This document shows, piece by piece, positions 25,093 to 39,125 of a stretch of 64,000 nt of DNA (position 1 is the stretch's first letter; the number at the start of each line of letters is the position of its first letter). The stretch covers positions 10,850,001 to 10,914,000 of the forward strand of contig JAYWIR010000001.1 in the NCBI GenBank assembly GCA_036172245.1, given 5' to 3'. Below the pieces are notes generated by a model that was given only the letters and a program-made list of their open reading frames with translations, did no database searches and was not told where the DNA came from. Origin of the DNA: Raillietiella orientalis. Lineage: Eukaryota. The translations under genes and the position numbers were made by a program.

Positions 25093-28000
25093 TTAATACT
25101 TGACCACTTCCGCGGGACGAGCGCGGTCGGGAGGATCTTCTCCCGGCAGCGAGATCTCCAGGCTTCCTTTCCTCCTCCTCCTCCTGCCGTAAGTGGCTAG
25201 CAGGGTCGGAAGAAACAGGAGCGCGTGGGCGGCGCCCAGAACGATCATCCCCATGTACATCCGGAAGTAGAAGACCTGGAAGATGGGCGTCCGTGCGAGA
25301 GCGAGCACGACGAACCCTGCCAGCTTCGTGAGGGTGATGCCGACGAAGACCTGCGGGGCGGGGGGTGCGCGCGTGTGGTTCAGCCTTTTTTCTCCCGGGT
25401 CCCTTCCCCCTCTCACCGACACGCCCACGTTCTCCAGAGCTTCCCTCGCCCTATGGACTGGGTCGTCCGCCGCGCTCCTCATGAAGGCCAGAGTCATGTG
25501 GCTGCAGAACTCGACAGCTATCCCTACGGCGACCACCAGGTTGACCAGTGACACGGGGTTCAGGCTGATGCCCCACAGGAACATCACACCCAGCAGGTCC
25601 ACGAGGATCATGGCCACCGAGACCTCGATCACCAGGGCGGCCCAGAAATCCATCCCGGAAACCAGGTAGCACACGACGAAGACGCAGGCCAGGGGTATCA
25701 GCAGGGAAGGTATGGTGGTGTTCCAGATGCTCAGGTACACCTCGTAGTAGATGTAGAATATGCTGAGGGAGGGAGGGAGAGGACAAGCTCCAAGTGTGGC
25801 GCGGGCGGGAGCGAAGGGAAGCTACCTGTACGGGAACACAGGCGCACCGACGGACGCGGAGGCCTCTTCGCTCAGTCTCCGCGCCGACGACAGGGCCCCG
25901 TAGTAGTCGGCGGACGTCTTCAGCACGCTGTGGTAAGCCATGAAGCTGGCAGTCTGCACGCCCGTCCTCCCATCGAGGACCACGGAGTCGTGGTAGGCCG
26001 CGTGGCCCGCTTTGGGGCAATCCATGCTGGGGTTCTCCTCGAGGAAGTACGGCAGGTACTTGCGGAACGTGTCCGCGTCAGGACGCAGGCTCCCTTTCAG
26101 GCAGATGGAGCAACTCGAGCTACCTGAGGGAAGGAAGGGGAGACAGGAAGAACCCGGTGGGGGATCAAGCCTTCCCGCTCCCTTGCATCCCCTCTCCCTC
26201 GATCCGAAAAAAAGCGAAAAAAAGACTCAACGGGACGGATGTGAGGACGGGCAGTAGGTCCCGTTGGCGAACTTCCTGCAGCATCCTGTGGAGCCGCCGT
26301 CGAAACGGAGCCAGTCGAAGTAGTCGTCGATCCAGGAGTTGGCCGGAGTCTGGATGAGCGATTTCCGGGGGCTTTTGCTGCTCCTGAATATCCGCGAGAG
26401 CAGGGAGTCCGCACTGCAGTTGAAGGAGGAGCAGACTCGGTTCTGGACGCCCGCGTCGGACCAATTCAGGCCCTCACCGACGACGAAGTAGACCGGCGGC
26501 CCCACGGACAAGTACTCCTGCATGTTCTGGCGGGAAACGGGACGTCCGGTAGAGAGGACGGCTTCTCGCCGCTCTCCCACCTGGTAGTAATTTTGGAGGT
26601 AGGAGTCCCGGGGGAAAGCCAGCCGCTGATCCAGTCCCGTGGGAATCCTCCAGGAGCACGCCAAACACGCCCAAAAGACCGCCACGAAGGCGACGACCAC
26701 CAGGTGGCGCACGAGGCCCATCGACAGCAGGGAGGAGCACGCGGCCCGGAAGCACTTCCTCACGGGGTTGTCTTCCACTCCCACGCCGCCCTGCGCCACC
26801 TCCTCGGGAGAGAAGACGGCGGAGGCGCCGCCGCGGCAGCAGCACGACCGGCGCCACTGCTGCTCCGTCCGCGACGACGCGAGGTTGTCGCCGTGAGTTC
26901 ACCGCTGCCGGAGAGGACGCCGCCCCTCCTCCTCCCTCGTGCGTGCGCGCTTACTTCCCGGTACCCACCTGCCTCCTCCGGGAGTCCAGACTCATCAAGG
27001 CGACGAAGCAGGAGACCTGGAGCAGGAAGTTGGTCAGCACGGCCATCCCCGCGTACAGGCCGAAGGCCTTCACCGCGGGCATGTCGGCCAGAGAACCTGC
27101 TCGGAAAAGGGGAGCGAGTTCGGATCGGAAGGAATTCCCTCCCCCCCCCTCCCTTCCCTCCCAACTCCCATCTTCTCCCATCCTACCCCTTCCTACCCAG
27201 GAAGAAGCAGCAGGTCTCCGCGGTTGTCGAGAGCAGCATCGAAGGACCGACCTCCTCCAGGACCTGGACCAGGTGCTCCTGGGTTGGCGCCTCGTGCTTG
27301 GACGTCGTCCTCTTCCGGAGGATCCTCCTCTCCGCGTGCACTAGGAGGAAGATGTTATCCACTCCCACGGCGAGGATCAGGAAAGGAATGACCTGCGAGA
27401 GAAGCGAAAGAGTGTGGAGCACGTCCGGAAATTAAGGGGACGGGGCGCGGCGGGGGAGGAATCTCCTCTCTTCCCCTTCCTCCTCCTCCCCTTTACCTCC
27501 ACGACCAGGAGCGTCGAGGGCAGGCCGACAAATCCCCAGAATCCTAGGGACGACAGGACGGAAAGCATCACCACACCGACGCCTCCCATCCCCAGCAGGA
27601 TCTTCGAGTTGTGCTGCAAAGAAAAGGTGGAAACAGGTCACCGCCGTGTGGACTCTCTCTTCCCACTCTTGACCTTCCTCCCCCTTCCTGTCGCCGCTCT
27701 CACCAGCAGCGTCCGGCACTCGGACGCATCCCCTAGAGCCAGAGCCACGTACGTGAACATGATAAGGTAGCTGATGAAGACGGTCAGGACGTCCGACCGG
27801 GATCCCCTGTCCAACTCATCCTGGTTGGAGCGCTCGGAAAAGTATGCCACCTCCATTCCGTCCTTCTGAATCCTCTCTACCTTGCTCAGGAATTCCAGGA
27901 ACCTTCTCGTGGACGTATGGCGGCGATGAAGGAAGAGAGTTACCCCTTTCCAGCTCACCCGCTCTCCCAGGCCATCGCTTCCCTCAGCTTGGCCGGGTCC

Positions 28001-31000
28001 TTGGGGTTGTTTAGGACGAAAGTCACGACCAGAGCCTTCGCTCTGTTGTAGCTGGGGGAGGTATCGCCTTGGGAACTTCCGAAGCCTCCGAAGACCAGGT
28101 ACGGGAAGACGGGACCTCCGAAATCTGCCAGGCAGGGGAAATTCGCGTCCACGTCCATCGGGTTCCTGTGGAGGGTGCCGAAGAGCCAAGGATGGAAGAT
28201 GAGCCCCTCCCTTTTCCCTGAGGGTATCCCTCAGGCACCTCATGCAGTCCCATAAGTGCTCCAGGTAGTGGTCATTCAGGTTTTCCTGCCGGTTCTGGAA
28301 GTAGCTGAGGGTGCTCTGGATGGCGCACTTGGGGTTGTCCGGGTGCAGCGGCTGGAAGCAGACGTCCTGGAGCAGCACGCGCCTGCCGTCCACCGTTCCG
28401 GACACCTGAGGAGGCGCGGGGGTGGAGAGAAGCGAGGAGCGGCGACGGGGGGAGGGGGACCCACGTTCTCTGCGACGAAGTTCTGCAGCTCCAGGATCCG
28501 CTCCAGGAACACCTTCCGGAAGACCGGACCGAACCGGATGGACTCCCCGGAGATGTTGTAGGAGAACTGGAAGGGGCAGGGGAGAATGCGGAGGCTGGGG
28601 AGGAGCCACTAGTCTCTCTCACCTCCGTTTTGTCCTCCGGTGTGATGATAAGCTGGTTGGTGCGGAAGAAGGCGCCGAAGTGCTTCTCAAAGAACTGCTT
28701 CTCCTGCCTGGAGCGGCTCTCCGGTGCGGACCACAGGTCCACTGGGTCCGTCAGCATTCTGGTCCAGAGGTTCCCCATGCTCAGCGCACTGGAGATCAGG
28801 ACCCCGGAGAGCAGGACCTTCCAAGGATGGAAGACGGCGACTGCAAAGAAGATAGGAGGGCGGGCGGATGCGCGGTTGCTTCCCGCTGCTTTTCGCGAGT
28901 GCTTCCCGCCCTCAAGAGGAAGGAAGTTGGAGAGCCCTGGAAAGATCCCCAAGGAAAGCTCCTGTTCACGGGAAGACGCAACTCTACGAGGGGGGTATCA
29001 ACCACCTCCTTGGTCTTTGGAAGGACCCCGGAAGGGTCAGCTTTCAATCCCTGGGAGGTCCAGCCAACGGGAGCATCCGGAGTTTCTGGCTTCCACCAGT
29101 GCCGTCACGCCCAGAATATAGGCCGGCCAGTGCCATCTTTCGAGGGGCTCTCGAAACCCACGAAGCATCCTTCATTTCTCGGCATCAACCCTCCCTTCTT
29201 CCGGTGGAATCCGAACCCTGGACTGTCGGTGCCACGTTCGGAGACCACACGGCCGCCGACTCGGGCGAATGGTGACTACGACCGTAACTTCCGCGGTTCC
29301 CTACGCTGCTCCAGCGAGCGCCAATCACAGAGCCACCCTCCTTCTTCCTGAGAGAGACACAGGGTCACCTCCCTTGAGGAATTTCCGGCGTATGGCATTT
29401 CCGGAGGCTTCCCGAAGGGCGCGCTACCGCAGTCTGAGGTCGGTGGCGCTCGTTCCCGCTCACGCGGAGGAAAAAGATAGGCACACCTTGAGGTGAGTCC
29501 GGTCCTGCGTCCTCTTTCCTCAGTCCGAGGTCCAAGGACACACGGGTCAGAGAGACACCCCTCAGTAGCTTTGTGCGCCGCGTGGGAGAATTTCCAGGGA
29601 GATGCGACCCGACTCAGCAGGTATGAGTCCGGTGCGCGCAACCCTCTTTCTCTCCCTACCCTCTTTCCCCCACTCCTGAAAAGGGGAGGAACGGGTCGTC
29701 TCTGCACGACCCAGGGAAAGCACCGCATCTTGCTGACCTACCTCTCCCTATCCAGCCGAAAGCACTTCTGAGATGGTTTCTTGGTGAGCAGCTCGGCATC
29801 TTCCGCGGCTTCACATCTGAAAAGTCGCAGTATTCTCGTTAACCACGTTGGACGAGCCCATGGAAACCCCCTGGGGGAGGAAGGGCCTTTTGAGATTGCT
29901 GAAGCGCGTAGAAGACGCGAGAAGGAAGAAAAGCAGCCGAAGCCAAGGGGTCTCTTCGAAGCGACTTCCTCTCGGATCGATCGAAGAGAAGAGTAACACC
30001 CCTCCCCTGCTTCGTCCCCTGCTTCGTCACACGGAGCCTCCTCATTGCGCAGCCTTGCTGGTGGAAACTCAAGCGTCTGTCGTGCATCAGCATCCACTTG
30101 AGTGTGGCACGCTTGCGGCATGCCACCACTTGGTCCACGCTGGAGTGTGACGTGTCGGTTGCTAATCACACATCAGCGCCATGCTCTCGCGGCGTGCCAA
30201 GCGTCGGGGGCGTCACACGTTGGACTTTCGTCACACGCTGGGGTGCTATGCGCTTTCGGACTTTCCTGAGGTCGCAGTGGCCACGCCTCGGTGGTCTGCT
30301 GCCTCAGGCTGGAGCTTCACGAGTTCATGGTCCAAGCAACGCTCTAGGGAACGCTTCCTAAAAGATCACGGAAGAACGAGAGCCGCTCGAGAAGGTGGTG
30401 AATCGGGCAGGAGAAGTCGTCAGGAAGAAGGGGATCTCTGGAGCACGCGGATGTGAAGACTCGTGAGATGGTGCTCGGGAGGGAAGGGGGAAGGCGAGGT
30501 ACCCCCGCATCGCCCCGCTGTCCTCATTCGAGGGTCAGGTTTTGGGAGGAGGGAGATTCCAAAGGAAAGCTCTCATTCCCAGGGAGGCGCGTCTCTGGAG
30601 AGGCAACTCTACGGAGTTGATATCAGCCCCATGAGTGCCACGAGCGAGAGTGCCGATCTGCCCGGCAGGCGCAAGTCCACACCGGCAGCCTCGGGATCCA
30701 AAGAGGGGGAACAAGCATTCATGCTCCTTCCTCACCCCTGCCGACCGGGATGGGGACGCCCCGTAGCGAAGCAGAGGCCTGGAGTTCCGCAAGGTAGGAT
30801 GGGTAACCTTCCGGTTGAGAACAGGCGCGATGAAGCCCATCAGTGGGTCTTGGGAGACTGCGCGAAGTGGGACCGCGCACGCCAGCATCCCATGCGAAAG
30901 AACGGGAGGCAAAGATTCCTGAAGAAAACGTCTCTCTCAAACAGCGAGGCCGACGCGGCACCGGAAGCGTGCCCCAGGAACCCTGAGGACGCGTCCCCTC

Positions 31001-34000
31001 TCCGTGTAAGGACGTGAGCTTTCGTTGGATCTGAAGTAGCGGCTGGAGGACGGGACCGCAGGTTGTCGGCCCCATAAGGAACCCTGCTGGTGCGGTCTCT
31101 GGGAGAAGCGGGGGGCATGTGGTAGTCCCGGCAAAGAACTGTTGCCAAGAATCTCGTGGTCGACGAGAAGATCTACAGGAGGTCAGCGGTTGCTTCAAGG
31201 CCCGAAGCGTCCAGGAATGAACACCAGCAGCCAAGGGATGGGTGATCCGCGCTGTTTTGCAAACTCGCTGCCGGGGGACGAACTCATCCGGAAGGGCAGG
31301 AGGCATCAGAACGGGGACAGCCTCACCAGGGGCGGAGACGACGATGGGTGGGATCGGACGAGTGGCAGGCAGCGCTGCGGGTCCAATAAGTCCACCGAGG
31401 ATCGCGGGAAGCATCCGGCCAATGCCAGAAGTCAGGGAGTCATCGGAGCTTCTACCACATCTCCCTCGGAGTATCCGCAAGGGCTGCGTCCGTTCGGACC
31501 CCTTCGGTCGCTGGTCAGACCCCCCTTCCCCCTTCCCTGAGAGCCCTGCGGAGTGATTCCTCGTTCCGTGTGGAACGTTCTGGAATGACGGCCTGTCCCG
31601 GCCTGGGTGATTCGCGGGGATTGTTGCCGACTCCCGTGCTGGAATCGCTGGGGATCTTTGCGGCGTCTTCTCTGCAGCCACTCCAAGGCTGCGTGGGGCT
31701 GTCAGCGTGGACCTGCTCCAGCCGGGAAGGTTGGCTAGCACGCTCTCGCAACGGGGTGTCCGGGAGGGTACCCGCGGGAAAGCCGCGAAAGCTTGACCAA
31801 GAAGGACGGGGTGGAAGACACTCACTGTGCGCAGCTCTAGACGCAGACTCTGACCTTCTTCTCAGCCGGGAGGCAACGGTCATGAGCAAAAGGGACGCCA
31901 AGAAGCCGAGGATGGACGCCAGCTCCATGGCATCCAGCGTGAGCACCAGGGAAAATGGCGTCGTCCGTGGTTCCTCTTCCGGGGGCGGGCAGGACTCCTC
32001 GCAGTCGACGCAGCTGCATGCCGCTTGCTGGATGCGGGGCGGAGAGGAGGGAAACGTGGGTGGTGTCAGGGAGGCTGGACGACCTTCTTTACCTCGAGGG
32101 CCGGCTTGCTGCAGCTGACCGTGCCGTAATGCAGAGGGCGGAGGGAAGAGGACTCGGAGCTGGAGAAGATGAAGTTGATGGGAAACGGGGACAGGCTGGA
32201 TCCCAGATACTCGAGCCACCGCTCGGGAGAACAGCCCTCCACTCCGTAGGTGCCGCACATGCTGGCCAGGACCTTCTGGTTGGCCGAGGGCATCATGACG
32301 CTCCTGCACGAGTTGTAGATGCCTCCTGCCGTGTCCGAGTTTATGAAGAAGTTGATCCCCGCCACTGCAGCTGCAAGAACGGAAGAAAGACGTTGACACG
32401 CTGTCCAGGAGGATCGAGGGAAAGAAGGGGGGGGGGGAAGAGAGAGAGGCAGAGATGCTGGATCGCCTCGGTTCTCTGTCTTTTCTTCTCACCCGCGTCC
32501 CTTCCGGGAACCCCGGGGAAGGGTCAAGGCAAGTCGTCCCCAGGACTCTTCCCCTATCCCTCCGCCCATCCAAAGGAAACTCGGCGTCACGTCCAAAACC
32601 CGCCGCGCGGGCGACAGGGAGGAAAGCGAGGCAGGCAGTGCATCGCTGCCCGAAGGAGTGCGGAAGACCACGCTCTTCCACTGTTCCTTCTCTCCATCCC
32701 CTTCCATCTGACCCTGCCCTTCTTCCCTGCAACGAGGTCTCCTCCGCCCTTTGACCACTCTCGTTTCCTCCCTCGCCTCCCTTTCATCTCCCTGGAAAGG
32801 CGAGAGCGATCTACACGCACATCGAATTATTCCGCACTCATCAACTCACTGCAGTCTCCTCCTGCTCCCTTCCTCCCTCTCTCCTCCTCCTCCTTCCTCT
32901 CTTCCTCCTCCCGTTCCGATGGCTGGGGTCCCCCCTCAGCGGCGCCTCTCGTAGACAAGAGGCGCCGCTTCCCACCTGGGTGCCGCTTTTCCCTCGCAAA
33001 CTGGTCGCGAGGTAGGGGGCGGTGGCCTCTTCCGCACCCTGGGCTCCCTTTTTTTTCGTTCCACTGCGGGGGGCGTGTCTCCTTCCCTCTTATTCCCATT
33101 TGACGCTCCGAGGAAGGGAGGGAGGAAGGAGATCAACTTACTGCGGTTGCGCACGAGGACGGTCTGGATCGTCTGCAAGAAGGCGCTCTGGTTGGCGGCG
33201 CAAGTCATGAAGCAGAAGATCTGGCGGAAGTTCTTCCAGCAGGAAGGGCACCTGGCCAGCATGACCTTGCCGAGTTTCAGACTGTCCAGGAGGGTCTTCG
33301 CCTGCATCGAGTCGCAGCAGAGTTGAAGCGGCGAGCCTGCCGGTCCTCCCTCGTACGCCTCCAATAGCTCCCGGCACTCCTCTTCAAACCCGTCCACGTG
33401 GTGCTCGAAAGGGACGGCAGGTCCCTGGTAGTCGCAGTTCAGATCACCCATCCTGGGCGAGGAGCACTGTCCGTACCAGATGCAGTGGGGCTCTCCACCG
33501 TCTTCTTCCTGAAACACACAGCAAAAGAGAGATTCCCCCTTCATCCTCCTTCGTCCAGGAAGGGCAGCATCGCATCGGGATCGACTGTATGGCCACAACG
33601 CAAGGTCATCCTGTCCTGTGACTTTGGGCTATCTCTCGTTCCAGATAACAAGCAGAACTGGATTTCTTCGGGGTGAGGCGATGCGCCGTCAGCGGCGACA
33701 CCTTGCGCCCTCCGCACGAATCCCTCCAGCAGGTACCGGGTCGAAAAGGAAGCTTGGTCTTTTTCCGGAAGGAACGAGGAGCCCGTGCTCTCCTCGTGGG
33801 AAGAGGGCCGCGGGCGTTACAAGCTTCGATCCGGCATTTCCGGGTCATCGGGAAGCAGCTCCAGAGGTCTGCGACCTCCTCTTTGCATTCGCGTCCGTAA
33901 CCCTCTTCCGGTTCGGGAGCAGCGAGTCTTCCGGGAACCGTCGGATACGCCCCGAGGATGTTGACGGCCGCGCCTGCACGAAGATTCACCCTCGACAAAC

Positions 34001-34258
34001 AGGCAGCGTGGCGCAGGCGTCGACCGGAAAGGAACGCCAGCCCCCAGCAGGGCATTTCCATCCGCTCGATCAAAAAGAAAGAACGGAAGGAAAAAAAACA
34101 CGCCTCAGGGGAGGAAGGGGGGGAACCCATCTACAAATTCGTTCGCAGCGGAGGAATAGGGCACGTTTCAAGAAGAGGAGGAGGAGGAGGAAATTCACCT
34201 TGTAGGGGTTCACCCCTTGCAGCACCAGCAATGCTCCAATGATGGCGGCAACGTCCAT
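25093..34258 (-). CDS. NPC1: NPC1/NPC1L1-family sterol transporter, GC-rich paralog, 18 coding exons
   Basis: Signal-peptide exon 34258-34199 (GCACCATGG; MDVAAIIGALLVLQGVNPYK). NTD motifs CIWYGQC, CCDSMQ and RCPSCWKNF, then CSCVDCEESCP. An isolated 75-bp exon at 29816-29742 reads LRSAFGWIGR. Further motifs: TDPVDLWSAPESRSRQEK, the [70 protein letters not shown]. All 17 GT-AG introns join in frame, but the acceptor near 26860 and the final exon are less certain. Confidence 0.92.
29950..30460 (+). mobile_element. Possible decayed L1/Tx1-like ORF2 C-terminal fragment inside the 2-kb NPC1 intron (29817-31825)
   Basis: PLECGTLAACHHLVHAG followed by AKRRGRHTLDF.HTLGCYALSDF resembles PLKWQESALLLQHCG (~50710) and CKRCGEVETLPHLLLDCGALQGL (~59650). 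The match is weak. Confidence 0.3.
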
Positions 34259-37200
34259 GGTGCCCCTCGGTGCGGAACCGTTCGGGATTTTCCTGCAAGA
34301 GAAACTGTTATTTGGACGCTCTGCGTTCGACAAAGGGGACACCGAAGCTCGCGGCCCTCTGGGGGAGCAGGGGCTCGGGTGGGCGAGCAAGGTGGCGGTC
34401 GCGTTTGCGAACCTTCACTCTCCACATTCGGGAAAGCTCCGCCTCTTTTGCCCTCGCGAGTGCAAAGGGTGAGGAACGCTTCCCGTTTCCACGGACGACG
34501 GAAAAGGATCATCGCAGGTCGGAACGCTCGAGATCCACACGACACCGTTTCCTTTTTTTTTTTTTTTTTTTTGAAAGCGGACTCTTTCTTCTGGTGGTCA
34601 CGAGCTCATGAGTGTCATCTAATCGAGCATGTCAAGAAGACGAGAGTTTATCGTTGAGCACATACTGTTGAGTGCATGCCAGCACAGGAGCATCAATCTG
34701 TTCTCAGTACTTGTGAGCACTCTGGAAAGAGCGCGTTGTTGCTCGCGGGCTCCTTTATCGAGGATGGCAGGCAGGTCAATAGACCTGTGCGTAGGAATTC
34801 AGGAGATCCCCTCGCTCAGCAATGATAGCAACGGTTTCTGCTGCAGCATCCGGTCGATCGCGTGTCTTATCGGCACCGCTCTGATAAATGCGCGCGGCAA
34901 CTTCCACGAAAGTGCTAGACCGTGGTCATGGCAACGGGAGGATTCCACGCTCGTCTCACGCGGCCTTACCGAACTGCGTCGAGTGTAAAGCTAGTGTACA
35001 CCACCCTTGTGGGATTGGAGAAAATCGAGTGTACGGCGCCGCAAGCTGGGAGGAGAAGAGAGGGGATCCCAGTCGACTGGCGCGCGCAAGAAGGCGTGTT
35101 GCATTCGCGGGATCCTGCCGTCTTGTCGACCCAGGTCAAGTGAAAACGGACCTGGCGCCAAGGAGCGCAACGAAGCAGACATGAAGTTTTGGTGGACCGC
35201 ATTTGAGCCTTTTCTTTCTTTCTCTCTCTCTCTTGTTTCTTTTTGAATCGGCAGTCTTTTGCCTGCACGAACTCCTCATCGAGAAGGGCGCGCAGAATCT
35301 CCGTAGTTTCAAGGATTTCCAGCCCAATAAAAAAAAAGAAAGAATGCAACGCTTTGAGATGGCAAGGGAAGAATCTTCCAGACCCTAAGAGGAATAGGAA
35401 ATTCGATTCCACCCTTCCTCCTTTTTCTTCCCCCCCTTTAGTGTGAGGGCAGTGGCAAGCAGAAAAATCTCTTCGGTGAAAGCAATAAATGACGCGCGTC
35501 CCCCCCCCCTCTCCCTCGTGGCCTCTGCCTAGCACTGGCGAGATGCTAACGACATTACTTTGATTGCTGCATTGAAAAAGTGCAAAACGGCACCGTCCAA
35601 GAATTCCGATCAAAAGCGCGGCGGCGTCATGAACCGTACTTACTGTTAGCGTAATTCCGTAATCTCAATGGCACTATTAGTAATGATCCCGATTATGGAA
35701 AACATCCAAAAACCCAGGCAGCAAACTGAAGATGGTGTAGACGATAAAAGGCACTCTCTTTCAGAGATAAGAGACTCTGATATGATAGCAGTCGATTAAC
35801 ACCTCTCGTAGCACCTGCTAACGATATGATGCGCGTTTCCATATCATTTCTTCGTATCTCCAGGAAAAAACTGCTCCATTCCTGTCCCCTCGTTTTTCTT
35901 CTTCACCATGGAATCCTGGTTCGTGCTTCAACTTTATGCTTGACGAAAACTTCTCAGCCCCTAGTCGCGCGAGAGTTTCCGTATATCTTACCACTACATT
36001 GCCGTCTTCATCCTCTGAGTCATGAACCTCTGGTAAATAGGCTCCACAGAGTTGATCCAGGAGAGCTTGAATAGAACCACTTCCAACTGTTTCCGTGAAA
36101 GGGAGAAGCGGTTAGAAGCAAAAGTCGTTAGAAGCAAAAGTCGCTATAGACAAGAACATCTCTTCTTGCTTGAAAATGCATTCAGTTCAGGAAGCAGTCT
36201 TTCAAGACGCTGCCCTAAATCGCTTCGTTTCAAGAGAGAAGATGACAAACGGGAAGCCTTGGAGCACTTCACGAAAGGATGCTGTCTTCTTGATTTCGAA
36301 TCAGGAAGAGCTTCTCGTTTGTTTGAGCTGAGATGACCATCACCATGAGCGCAGGGGTGCAGAAGATGATCATGAAAACCGTCACCAATCCAGGAGAGTT
36401 TTCTCGGAATGGGAGATTGACAGGTGCACACTGAGGAAGTTCTATCGACTGCTACCTTTGGGTTATGGAACGTTGCAGAGAGTCTCTGCGAAGTGTATTT
36501 CAAGTTTACATGGCTTGACTACTTGCCAGTTGAGATGCCAAGGATACATATGTCTCGCTTGTGCTGTCTTCTAATCTTCGAAAGATTTCCGCTCGTTCAT
36601 TTACCATCAGACGTCTGTAGCCATTTTTCTTGTTATTATGGAGCTCAGAATCGGGAGTAATAAAACACTGCATTAGTTGCTCAACTGGTATCACTTGTGA
36701 TGGTATATCCTTGAACTCAATCAAGAAAGATCTGTGCTTATAATATGAATATTAGATCCTTAATATTCGACATTCATATGTTTTCACGAGTTGATCGAAA
36801 CTCATCAAAGACTTCAACGTTCAGAGTTTCCAAATGTAGTGATTGCATCCATGAATGAAAGTAAGGTGGCTTCACTTAAACACTCGATTTCAAATGTTCT
36901 TTCTTGGTGATTCCAATTTCTGGAAAAACCATGTTTGAGTTCAAACTGATTGTGAAGGTAAGAGTCCATGGCATGTCATTAGTTCATTTTCAGGACAGAG
37001 CATACATCTTGATAGGGAACTTATGCTTTCTTTTTTTTTTTTTTAAAAAAAAAAAGACTATCAGCATCAAGAGGTTTCTGCAGCAGAAGTGTTAGATAGA
37101 ATGGTAGAGCATGAAACTATGTTGAAGATGAGTTCATTTGAATTCCTAGAGAAAAGGCGGATGAAAGCAATGGATTTGATTTTTTCAATTTTTGGCAATA

Positions 37201-39125
37201 GAATATTCCCGGGAGGGCATTCAGCTTTGGATGATCCTGAAAAGTGCTCTCTGAAAATCAAGAAAACACCCGCATAGATCTCAAAAAAAGTTCTCAATAC
37301 CCTCTTCAGACGTCTTGAGAGTAGATAACGGTCATGTGCTTTGTTTATTTGTTTGTTTTTATTTGTAATAAATATCCTTAATATATGTGCATGCGTTCAG
37401 TAGAATGCAAAAGATGCGTGTTTGATGTTACGCGAACAATTTCCATCTGAGAGCATTCAATCGTCAGCTTTTCCATTTTTCATTTTTCTAATTTTCAAGA
37501 TTCGTCAGATTTCTTCTGAAAGTCAAAATCACGTTGTGATAATGTAATGACGAATTTCAGATAATACCTGATGAAAAATAGAAGTTTAGGCAAATCATTC
37601 GGCGCATACCTGTTTTAAAGAACATGATCAATTCAAATCATTTGCAGAATAAAAGCATTCAGAAGTAAAACCCCTGCAGAACATAATGAATAGGAGGAAT
37701 AGGGCTGCTTGCATTAGGGAACGGCAGATGGCAACATAGTCATTCTAGTGTTGAAAAAAGGCGATGGGATTAAAGGATTTTGTATCCACTGAAAGAAATA
37801 TATGAAAGAATGTATTAGAAACCTTTTGGAAGATCATCACGAACTAATCTATCTCTTTTACAGTAACAACACGAAATACTCTTGACAAGGAAGCATCAAC
37901 AGTTAATAGTTGCAGAATGAGTCATTGATAAATCATTAGGTAGGTAAATATCACTTCCACATAAAGTGAATCTGCGAAATGGAAAAAGAATAAAGCTGAG
38001 TGGGAAGGGGGGGGGGGGGGAAGAACAAATGAGGAATGAATAGTAATTAATAAGGAGAAACTGTTTTGGTTAGTGAGTACTTGAAAGGAAAGTCAGTGAG
38101 ATATTTTCAAACTATTTCATTTCAAACCAAGGGAATGCCAGTTGAAATTGCTCATCGCGGAAACAGTGATCAAAGAATATCATGAGGTGGGAGAAAAGAA
38201 AATGAAACTGTGAGTGTTGGATTTGGTTAAGACAGCAGGCTGAAGACCTCATGGTTTCGGTCAGAAGGGGAACCGCCGCAACCTCGCAGTTCAGAGTGCT
38301 GCAGTAAAAAAATAAATAAATAAATCTGCCGGCCACTTATGTTCATCTTAATGTGTTTCTTTTTCGTTTCGAGTGATATTTGATTTCCCTGTGCGTTACC
38401 ACAGATTTCCTACTTTCAATTTCGCGTAAGGTTGGGAATGACCTCCGAAAAACATCCGATTTTGTTAATCGGAAGGTATGCCGAGGCCCTATTCGTGTCA
38501 AGACCTACATGGGAAAAATAATTTCAGTATCCATTCTCGAAATTGTCACAGGGTTTCTACATGTTAAAGTGCATGAAAAACGTACTTTGTTTCACTAAAC
38601 TCTTCGTTTCAGAAGCATTCGACTGGGGAATTTCTGCAAAAGTGCTGCGTAAAAAAATTATCCACACAAACACCTGTACTATCGAATACTGTGTGATGGT
38701 CGGAATCGATCGGCCCCCTTCGTTCAAAAAGATTCAGCAATTTTCAATTTATCGGTTATTAATCACTGATTAGTTACAGGACTTACACTTTTCTCAAAGA
38801 TGGCGTTATTCGAGTAATTTTTCGAAGCGCCTGTAGTCGTTGGAACTTTCAAGTGTATTCCAAAAGACCAATCCCCGCTACAGGGAAATTCGTGAGTAAT
38901 TTCATTAAATAGTGGAAAACACATTTGTGATTGACAACCCCACAGTTGTACCAAGAGATTTGAATGACGTTTTTACAACGTAACGATGAATTGTGAACTT
39001 ACCTTGAAATTTCTTGTTTCTAACCATTCATTGAGTCGATATGTGTTTAGTGTGTGCACAGCCTTATTTTCAGTAAGACAGTTTTCTTTGTTTTAGATTC
39101 CGGGATCCTTTTTTATGATGCAACT

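Noticed and set aside
28841-31825. GC-rich NPC1 seemed disrupted by a 3-kb insertion (pseudogene)
   Set aside because: A phase-compatible 75-bp exon at 29742-29816 restores the frame, so these are two ordinary introns.
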